A stretch of DNA of 29,035 bases, taken from contig JAGLRQ010000019.1 of assembly GCA_023136205.1 (NCBI GenBank), forward strand, positions 1 to 29,035. Reading direction: 5' to 3'. Origin of the DNA: Candidatus Auribacterota bacterium. Lineage in GTDB: Bacteria; Auribacterota; UBA6266. The notes under the pieces were generated by a model, which was not told the DNA's origin, did not search any database, and saw nothing but the letters and a program-made list of their open reading frames with translations. This document shows, piece after piece, positions 15,919 to 24,302 of this stretch. The position numbers were made by a program, and so were the translations under genes. Numbering within the stretch: the first letter of the stretch is position 1; each line of letters starts with the position of its first letter.

Positions 15919-18607
15919 AACAACTTATACTTACAATAGCTTAAACCGCCTTAAAACAAATACCGATGCCGAAAACAACGCAATAACCAACTATTATGAT
16001 GAAAACGGTAATCTTTCGGCGGTTATGGACGCGAATGGCAAGGTTACTTTTTATGAATACGACAAATTAAATCAGATTATAGAAGTTGCGGACCCTGAAA
16101 ATGGCAACAGTGGAGCGATAGAATACAGCTACGATGAAAATGGCAATAAAATTTCCATGAACGACCAGAGAACAGAAGACAATATTACAACTTATGAATA
16201 TGATGCTTTAAACCGTCTTATAAGCAATATAACTCCGATGTGGAAATTAACTACCTATGAATACGACGGAGTCGGCAACAGGATAATCCAGGAAGACGCG
16301 AATGGGGATACTATAACTTATACATATGATAAGCTGAATAGACTTGAACAAAAAACCTATATTGATTCTACCACTGTTACATATGTCTATGATGAAAATT
16401 CCAACCGCACGCGAATGGTTGACGGCACAGGAGTATATAACTATGAGTATGATGAGTTAAACCGCCTAATCTCGGAACAGTCACCCAGCGGGACAAAAAG
16501 TTACTCTTACGATGAAAATGGAAACCGCGATTTTCTTGGATATTCAGGCGGAAATATATTTTATGAATATGACACTTTAAATCGCCTGTTTAGAATAACA
16601 GATGCGGATGGAGAGATTACTCAGTATGAATACGATGATGCCGGAAGGGTGATAAAAACTGTTTATCCGAATGAAATTCAGACAGGTTATAGTTATTTTG
16701 ACAACAACTGGTTAAAAACATTAACTTCGCTTTTTAACGCTGTAAACATTTTTGATATTGAATACACTTATGACAATGTCGGCAACAAGATTTCAATGAT
16801 AGAAAAACATGTCAGCCCGGTTGCCCTTACTTCGTATGAATATGATAATTTATACCGGTTAACACAAGTAACTTATCCCGACAGTCTGATTGAAACCTAT
16901 ACCTATGACGCGGCAGGAAACCGTCTCACAAAAAGTAATGGCGCCTCCAATGAGGTGTATGTTTACAATGATGATAACGAATTAACAACAAGGCATGTTT
17001 TTGGCCAGGGAACAGGCGAGATAACAGTTACAGGAACAGTTAGAGATGACATAAAAGTTGACAGGGTGATAGTTAATGGTATTTCGGCGGTAATAGAAGG
17101 AGATAATTTTCATCAAACGATTTCTGTTACAAGCGGACAAAACACTATAACTGTAGCAGCTTATGACACATCGGGAAACAATGTCGCGAAATCACTGAGT
17201 ATTACCTATTTAGCATCGGGTGATGATATGTATAATTATGAGTACGACACTAATGGAAACACAACCAAAATAACAAAGAACAATGAAGATACTATCTTTA
17301 GTTATGATTATGAAAACAGAATGATTGGGGCAGTTACTCCTGCGGGAGCGCAAATAACATATGCTTATGACGGAGATAAGAGAAGGTATTCGAAAACTGT
17401 CGATGGAACAACTACTAAATTCCTCTATGACGGTATAAACATTCTTGCCGACCTTGATGGAAGCGGAGCAATTACAAAAGAATATACCCAGGGTCTTGGG
17501 ATAGATTCATTGATTAAAGCAACGGATGGAGAAAATCCCGAATACTATCATTCTGATGCTCTCGGTTCAACAAGGGTTATAACTAATGCAAATGGAAATA
17601 CAGTAAAAACCTACGATTACGACGCTTGGGGTAAAGTAACAAACGAAACCGGTTTATCAGAAAATGAATATACCTATACCGCAAGAAGAGTTGAAGATGA
17701 ATTAAACTTAATGTATTATAGAGCCAGGTTTTATGATACGGAAACAGGAAGATTTTTGCAGAAAGATCCTTTGACCGGCGGCCCTGATGATCCGAGGATT
17801 TGTTACAAAACTAATATTTACTCGTTCTTTGACAGAGTAATAACTGAAAGTATCAAATCCTTAGACCCGCATAATACTAATAGGTATGTTTACTGTAGGA
17901 ATAATCCGATTAATTACACTGATCCGTTGGGATTGGAAATAATTACCGGACTGGCAGTATATTTCACAGCGCTGACAACTTCTCCTGATTTTTATACAGA
18001 CTGTCAAATGCTTTCTCAGTCCTTAGCCGAAGGTGATTATGTAGGCGCTACCGGTGATTTGGTTGGGTTGGCAATACCTGCTGTGTCAAGCGCAATGACT
18101 CGACCGGCTGCAAAAAACGGCGCAAGGTTAGGCAAAAAAGCTTTGTCGGGTATTGCTGAAGGATTTTCAAAACTTGCGGAGAAGTTTGCGACTAAGTTTG
18201 GAGATGATGTTACAAAAGCAGTTACAAGAAATATTGATGAAGCTACTCAGGGAATTGCAAAAGGGAAGAAACTGCTAAATAAAGCAGATGATGTGGCGGG
18301 AAAAGGTCGAACGGTTATTGGTAAAATGGATGATTTGAACAAACCTGGTGCATTGAAAAAAGGGGAGAAATTATTAGATTTGCCAGATATGGGAAGCCCT
18401 AAAGCAAACTGGAAACAGAACGCTAGCAAATTACGTAAAACAATGAGAGAAGGAAAACCAATTAGAGATGCTTCAGTGACTAACAAAGGAAACTTGAGAA
18501 GCAATACAGGATTTTTACGGCCCGAACGAAATCTATTAGAAAATAAAGGGTGGAAATATAATAAACGACCAAGGTTATGGAAACCTCCTAGGAAAAAGTT
18601 AAAATGA
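15863..18607 (+). CDS. RHS/YD-repeat protein, C-terminal ORF: shell repeats, Ig-like insert, RHS repeat-associated core, DPLGL boundary and a variable C-terminal toxin domain
   Basis: YD repeats run throughout. The core region is YHSDALGSTRVITNANGNTVKTYDYDAWGK...YYRARFYDTETGRFLQKDPL...NRYVYCRNNPINYTDPLGL. The ATG at 15863 has no RBS and lies inside a repeat, so it is probably not an independent start. Confidence 0.85.
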   Translation: MRRTSALLPTMETNPLLHETTYTYNSLNRLKTNTDAENNAITNYYDENGNLSAVMDANGKVTFYEYDKLNQIIEVADPENGNSGAIEYSYDENGNKISMNDQRTEDNITTYEYDALNRLISNITPMWKLTTYEYDGVGNRIIQEDANGDTITYTYDKLNRLEQKTYIDSTTVTYVYDENSNRTRMVDGTGVYNYEYDELNRLISEQSPSGTKSYSYDENGNRDFLGYSGGNIFYEYDTLNRLFRITDADGEITQYEYDDAGRVIKTVYPNEIQTGYSYFDNNWLKTLTSLFNAVNIFDIEYTYDNVGNKISMIEKHVSPVALTSYEYDNLYRLTQVTYPDSLIETYTYDAAGNRLTKSNGASNEVYVYNDDNELTTRHVFGQGTGEITVTGTVRDDIKVDRVIVNGISAVIEGDNFHQTISVTSGQNTITVAAYDTSGNNVAKSLSITYLASGDDMYNYEYDTNGNTTKITKNNEDTIFSYDYENRMIGAVTPAGAQITYAYDGDKRRYSKTVDGTTTKFLYDGINILADLDGSGAITKEYTQGLGIDSLIKATDGENPEYYHSDALGSTRVITNANGNTVKTYDYDAWGKVTNETGLSENEYTYTARRVEDELNLMYYRARFYDTETGRFLQKDPLTGGPDDPRICYKTNIYSFFDRVITESIKSLDPHNTNRYVYCRNNPINYTDPLGLEIITGLAVYFTALTTSPDFYTDCQMLSQSLAEGDYVGATGDLVGLAIPAVSSAMTRPAAKNGARLGKKALSGIAEGFSKLAEKFATKFGDDVTKAVTRNIDEATQGIAKGKKLLNKADDVAGKGRTVIGKMDDLNKPGALKKGEKLLDLPDMGSPKANWKQNASKLRKTMREGKPIRDASVTNKGNLRSNTGFLRPERNLLENKGWKYNKRPRLWKPPRKKLK
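15895..15918 (+). other. Frame discontinuity inside the RHS gene (the +1 frame is needed to continue)
   Basis: Frame 1 reads FTYDGNKPSSS*, with the stop at 15916-15918. The next frame reads ...NPLLHETTYTYNSLNRL and continues the YD repeats. Deleting one base from the ggaaacaaaccc run (15895-15906) joins the two frames seamlessly. Confidence 0.8.
17936..18604 (+). other. RHS C-terminal variable domain (223 aa after DPLGL), the predicted toxin, family not recognised
   Basis: It starts directly after DPLGL (17921-17935). I see no HNH/GHH/AHH, deaminase (C/HxE...PCxxC), ART or Walker A motif. It contains GDYVGATGDLVGLAIP, which could be a pre-toxin TG-like segment. The tail KRPRLWKPPRKKLK is very basic. 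Confidence 0.6.
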
Positions 18608-19203
18608 ACAAAAGAACCGAACTTAATTTTGCGAAAGAAGTAATATCTACTTTCGATTTTTTGACGAAAGAATATAATTTTCGTTTAGTAGGAACAGATT
18701 GTTTATACGTAGTTAGATATGAATCTAATTTGGTTTTTATTAATATCTATCACGAAAAGATATCATATGAATTAGGATTTTCAATAGGATTATTAAGTGA
18801 TAAAGAAAAAAGAGGATATACTATTGATGAGTTGGTTAGGTTGAAGGATTTGGGAGCGGAAAAACAACCGATATTTTTTCAAGCCAGTACAAAAAAGGAT
18901 GTAAAACATTGTATTCAGGAATTATCTAAGCTTGTTAAACAAAATGGAGGCTTAGCTTTAAAAGAAGATCGTAGTGTATTTGTGCATCTTGATCGTATAA
19001 GAGAGGATTTGGGAAGCAAACAACAGAGAGAATATGAGCTAAGACAAGTTAGAAAAGAAGCACAAGAATTCTGGAAAAAGAAAACATATGATAGATTGAT
19101 AGAATTATATAGCTCTATTTTTGACGATTTAACTCAGTCAGAGATTAAAAAATTGATTTATGCTAGAAACCAGTTAAAAAAAATTGGGCTTAACAAATTG
19201 TAG
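18604..19203 (+). CDS. Candidate cognate immunity protein (199 aa, cytoplasmic, no recognised family)
   Basis: Its ATG overlaps the RHS stop (ATGA at 18604-18607). It sits immediately 3' of an RHS toxin domain. It has no signal peptide or TM segment. Its composition is markedly AT-rich. Confidence 0.6.
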   Translation: MNKRTELNFAKEVISTFDFLTKEYNFRLVGTDCLYVVRYESNLVFINIYHEKISYELGFSIGLLSDKEKRGYTIDELVRLKDLGAEKQPIFFQASTKKDVKHCIQELSKLVKQNGGLALKEDRSVFVHLDRIREDLGSKQQREYELRQVRKEAQEFWKKKTYDRLIELYSSIFDDLTQSEIKKLIYARNQLKKIGLNKL

Positions 19204-19229
19204 TGAAAAGGGAAAAGAGGGGAGAGATA

Positions 19230-19868
19230 ATGAAAGCATTGAAGATTACTGTATTTATTCTGGCTTTACTTGTTCTTGCGACACAGGTTGCTCGACATGT
19301 ATACGTGCGATATCTCGAACCAAGGACGTCGGTTTTGGATAAGTTTGAGGAAACTGAAACAAAGAAGGTAATTCAAAGGGCAACGACCCTTTCTGAGCTT
19401 GTAGAGGAATATGATCCTGCTAGGAAACGCGTTGATCAGCTTGATAAAGAGATGCAGATAGAATTGTCTAAAAAGAATAGCGATGATTATTATATGTTTG
19501 AAGAAAAGTGGAAAGAGGATTATAAGCAAGAATACCAACAGGAAGAAGAACTAAAGTCGGCAATTCAGGATTGGGAGGAAAAAAGCAAAGAAATCCGAGA
19601 GCTATACGTATTCTGGGCGTTCGGATTGTTCTTCTTTGCAATTGGCATATTTATGCTAAAGAAAGGTTTCAACTGGATTGGCATGGCATTTATTATTCCT
19701 GGTATTGTCGAGATGATTTGGTGGACAAGCCCCTCATTTCGTTTTGCAGGAAGCCCTCTTGAATTCGATCGACTGCTTAATAATAAGTTGGGGTTCACCA
19801 TTGTTACACTTGTCGTATTTATAACTGTGTGGTATTTTAGTGAATCAAAAAGAAAAAAGAATCTCTAA
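19230..19868 (+). CDS. Multi-pass membrane protein of unknown function with an acidic, coiled-coil-like segment
   Basis: The ATG at 19230 is preceded by AGAGGGGAG. The track start at 19203 is a GTG that overlaps the previous stop by one base. Hydrophobic segments: ITVFILALLVLATQV, LYVFWAFGLFFFAIGIFML, WIGMAFIIPGIVEMIWW, LGFTIVTLVVFITVWYF. Confidence 0.6.
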   Translation: MKALKITVFILALLVLATQVARHVYVRYLEPRTSVLDKFEETETKKVIQRATTLSELVEEYDPARKRVDQLDKEMQIELSKKNSDDYYMFEEKWKEDYKQEYQQEEELKSAIQDWEEKSKEIRELYVFWAFGLFFFAIGIFMLKKGFNWIGMAFIIPGIVEMIWWTSPSFRFAGSPLEFDRLLNNKLGFTIVTLVVFITVWYFSESKRKKNL

Positions 19869-20220
19869 CAAGAAGAAAAGAAGACGCTTCTATTAAATAA
19901 CTTCTTGACGCCAAAATCCCCCATGCGGATGAATATCTGGTGTATTTTTTTTAATAATGCGGTTGTATTATAACCCTCCCAGAGTAGCTCTGTTTTTAAA
20001 TTATTCAGATCAAATAAGGGGAAGGCAAGCAAGGCACTTTCATTCGGCACATCCGATAATCTAGGGATTATCCGACGTGTTTTTCTGTCACAAAAGCTGC
20101 TAAAAGAAAAAGCATCTTTTGCGCCAGAAAAATACCCTCACTCCGTTAGACATAACTGGTTATGTCTCCTTTTATAGAACATTTTCTCTGACCCGAGTTT
20201 TTATCACACTACATTTTCTC

Positions 20221-21358
<1,138 letters not shown>

Positions 21359-21373
21359 AAAAGGAGATTTACA

Positions 21374-21715
21374 ATGATGAATGTTTTACATTGTGCAGCT
21401 ATGGCTGCTCCGGGTGGTTCGGAACAGGGCGGAGGCGGAATGCAAACTCTTATAATGCTTGGCTTGCTGTTTGCTATTTTCTATTTTCTTCTGATACGGC
21501 CTCAGAAAAAACAGCAGGAGAAACACAAACAGCTGGTTGAGTCTTTAAAAAAAGGCGATAAGGTTATAACCAATGGTGGAGTACACGGTATAATCTCAAA
21601 TGTAAAAGATAAAACTTTTACCGTTAAGGTTGATGAAGGAACCAAGCTTGAGATAAGCAAAGGAAGTATATCGACGGTTATAAAGAAAAAAAGCGAGGAA
21701 GCAAGCAAAGAATAG
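21374..21715 (+). CDS. yajC: Preprotein translocase subunit YajC
   Basis: AGGAG RBS. TM segment plus LLIRPQKKQQEKHK, then KGDKVITNGGVHGII. The Gly/Ala-rich N-terminal extension resembles that of E. coli YajC. Confidence 0.85.
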   Translation: MMNVLHCAAMAAPGGSEQGGGGMQTLIMLGLLFAIFYFLLIRPQKKQQEKHKQLVESLKKGDKVITNGGVHGIISNVKDKTFTVKVDEGTKLEISKGSISTVIKKKSEEASKE

Positions 21716-21746
21716 CAATTAACTAAACATCTGGAGTATAAAGGAA

Positions 21747-24302
21747 ATGAGAAATGTTACATGGAGAGTAGTTCTTATTGCAACAGTTGTATTACTGACA
21801 TTGCTGTTGATTTACCCGACATTAAAATGGAGTTCCTATTCTGAAGCGCAAAAAGTAGAACTGGCGGGAGACTCCCTTGCCGGAAAACTCGGAGCATGGA
21901 AAGAAGAAGCAAAAAACCTCAAGGATGCTTCCGGTTTTAGTAAGTTTAAATTTGCGGTCAAGAAATGGTGGCAGGGTAATAATAATATGGTTATGAATTT
22001 GGGCCTTGATCTTAAAGGCGGCATGGATGTTACTCTCCAGATAAAGACAGAGGGAGAAGAAGTTTCTCCTGAAATTATAAACAGGACACTGGAAGTTATC
22101 AGGAACAGGGTTGACGGTATGGGTGTTACGGAACCTGAAATCATCCAGGAAGGTGTTGACAGAATCTCGGTTAAGATACCGGGCATTAAAGATCCTAAAA
22201 GAGCTCTTGACCTGATTGGTAGAACGGCGAAGATGGAGTTTCAGCTTGTCGCGGAAGACAGTTTAACAGAAACAGTGCTTGCCAGATTATCAGAGGTAAA
22301 AGATCTTACCGCGTATATTGATGTGACGACCAGTCAAACCAGAGAGGGAGCCGTATTTAAAACACTTAGAGTTGAGAATGAGGATACGGGATATGTTTCC
22401 AGGCTTTTAAAAAGCGAAGAAGCTCAAAAGCTTGTCCCTGAAGGGTATGAGTTTTTGTTCCGCAAAAAAGACAAGCCTGATGAAAAATATAAATTACTGT
22501 ATCTTGTTAAAAAAGATCCTGCTATTTCAGGAGAAATGCTTACTGACGCGAATGTCGGGCATGACAGGTTATTGAATCCGGAGGTGCATTTAGATTTTAC
22601 TACCGCGGGATGGCGCAGGCTTGCAAGCGTTAGCGGTATAGCAGAAAGCAAATATAAAAAGGAAAAAATAGTAAGCCGCCTCGCGATTGTTCTGGATAAG
22701 GTAATTTATTCAGCTCCGCTGATGAAGCAAAAACTTTTACGCAACGCTTCTATTACTGGTAATTTCACAAAGGACGAAGCAAATGACCTCAGGATAATTT
22801 TAAAGTCAGGAGCTCTGCCCGCAAGTGTGGTTATCTTGAGTAACAGGGTTGTGGGCCCTTCACTGGGGATTGACTCCATAAGGAAGGGTGTAAAGTCCGC
22901 TCTTATCGGGCTTGTCCTTGTTGTAGTTTTTATGCTTGTTTATTATATGTTTTCAGGGTTTGTAGCTGACTGCGCTTTGTGTTTGAACATTTTGATAATA
23001 TTTGCCGCGCTTGTCGCGTTCGGCAATACATTAACGCTTCCGGGTATAGCAGGTGTCATACTTACGATCGGTATGGCTGTGGACGCTAACGTGTTGATAT
23101 TTGAAAGAATAAGGGAAGAACTTTCAATAGGCCGGCAGTTGAGAACGGCTATTGTAAACGGCTATGATAAAGCTTTCCTAACAATTTTAGACGCTAATGT
23201 TACGACTTTCATTACCGCCGCGGTACTCTTCATATTCGGCACGGGCCCAATTAAAGGTTTTGCTGTAGTTCTTATGATAGGAATAGTTGCATCTATGTTT
23301 ACTGCTCTTTTTGGAACCAGAACCCTTTTTGAAATCATGATGCGGGTAAAAAAATTCCATCAGCTTCATATGCTTAAGTTCTTTTCAAAGCCCAATATTG
23401 ATTTTATCGGTAAGAGAAAAATTGCTTACGCAGTATCGCTGGCTGTAATAGTTACGGGTATGGGTTTCTTTGTAAACAGGGGATCGGATAACCTCGGAAT
23501 AGAATTTACTTCCGGCAGTGAGACTCAAATACAATTTTCAAAAAATGTGGCAATTGAAGATGTAAGGCAAGCGCTTTTGGCAGGAGGAATAGAAGATGCG
23601 AGGGTGCAATCCTATACAGACAGGGAATCCGGCAACAGCGGTATTTTTGTTAAAAGCTCTCAGACAAATGAAGTATCAGATAAAACACTGGCCGCTCTTA
23701 AAAAAGCCTTCCCGAATGACGGGGTAACTTTTGAAAGTTCTTCATCCATAGGCCCTGTCGTCAGCAAAGACCTTAAAAGAAACGCTTTCATAGCTATGAT
23801 CTTATCTTTATTCGCGATTGTTGCCTATGTCTGGTTCAGGTTTGGGTTGAAATTTGGTATAGCAGCTGTAACGGCGCTGATACATGATGTTCTTATTACT
23901 CTCGGTATCTTTGCTATTTGCGGGCGGCACATCTCTCTTCCTGTTGTCGCCGCTATACTGACATTAATCGGATATTCTCTTAACGATACTATTGTTGTGT
24001 TTGACAGAATAAGGGAAGATATCCGGTTGATGAGGAAAGCTTCCTATAAAAATATATTGAACGCAAGCATGAATCAAACGCTTTCAAGAACAGTTCTTAC
24101 ATCTCTTACGACTCTGATAGTGATTGTTCTTCTGTTTATATTCGGGGGTGAAAACATTAATGATTTTGCGTTGGTTCTTCTTATAGGCGTGATAGTCGGA
24201 ACATATTCTTCGATATTTGTGGCAAGTTCCCTTTTGTATGACTGGTATAAAAAGAGCCATCATGGTGTTACGGCTTCCGTAAAGGTATCAAAGAAAAAAT
24301 GA
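21747..24302 (+). CDS. secDF: Fused protein-export membrane protein SecDF
   Basis: 851 aa. SecD-like periplasmic and TM regions (LGLDLKGG, VVGPSLG, GMAVDANVLIFERIREE) are followed by a SecF-like half (IGYSLNDTIVVFDRIRED). Confidence 0.93.
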   Translation: MRNVTWRVVLIATVVLLTLLLIYPTLKWSSYSEAQKVELAGDSLAGKLGAWKEEAKNLKDASGFSKFKFAVKKWWQGNNNMVMNLGLDLKGGMDVTLQIKTEGEEVSPEIINRTLEVIRNRVDGMGVTEPEIIQEGVDRISVKIPGIKDPKRALDLIGRTAKMEFQLVAEDSLTETVLARLSEVKDLTAYIDVTTSQTREGAVFKTLRVENEDTGYVSRLLKSEEAQKLVPEGYEFLFRKKDKPDEKYKLLYLVKKDPAISGEMLTDANVGHDRLLNPEVHLDFTTAGWRRLASVSGIAESKYKKEKIVSRLAIVLDKVIYSAPLMKQKLLRNASITGNFTKDEANDLRIILKSGALPASVVILSNRVVGPSLGIDSIRKGVKSALIGLVLVVVFMLVYYMFSGFVADCALCLNILIIFAALVAFGNTLTLPGIAGVILTIGMAVDANVLIFERIREELSIGRQLRTAIVNGYDKAFLTILDANVTTFITAAVLFIFGTGPIKGFAVVLMIGIVASMFTALFGTRTLFEIMMRVKKFHQLHMLKFFSKPNIDFIGKRKIAYAVSLAVIVTGMGFFVNRGSDNLGIEFTSGSETQIQFSKNVAIEDVRQALLAGGIEDARVQSYTDRESGNSGIFVKSSQTNEVSDKTLAALKKAFPNDGVTFESSSSIGPVVSKDLKRNAFIAMILSLFAIVAYVWFRFGLKFGIAAVTALIHDVLITLGIFAICGRHISLPVVAAILTLIGYSLNDTIVVFDRIREDIRLMRKASYKNILNASMNQTLSRTVLTSLTTLIVIVLLFIFGGENINDFALVLLIGVIVGTYSSIFVASSLLYDWYKKSHHGVTASVKVSKKK

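Noticed and set aside
12706-18607. Calling the RHS protein a T6SS effector
   Set aside because: It starts with a Sec signal peptide rather than a PAAR or VgrG-interacting domain, and the window contains no T6SS genes. The secretion route cannot be inferred from this window beyond Sec export.
19865-20050. A 61-aa minus-strand ORF in the cassette/tgt junction
   Set aside because: It has no RBS and no recognisable features. It overlaps the end of the upstream gene and is most likely a chance ORF in AT-rich DNA.
21440-21442. An internal ATG (MQTLIML..) as the yajC start, preceded by GGAGG
   Set aside because: The spacing to GGAGG is only 4 nt. The longer form has an Ala/Gly-rich N-terminus that resembles the extension in E. 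coli YajC. I therefore kept 21374, though the start is not certain.
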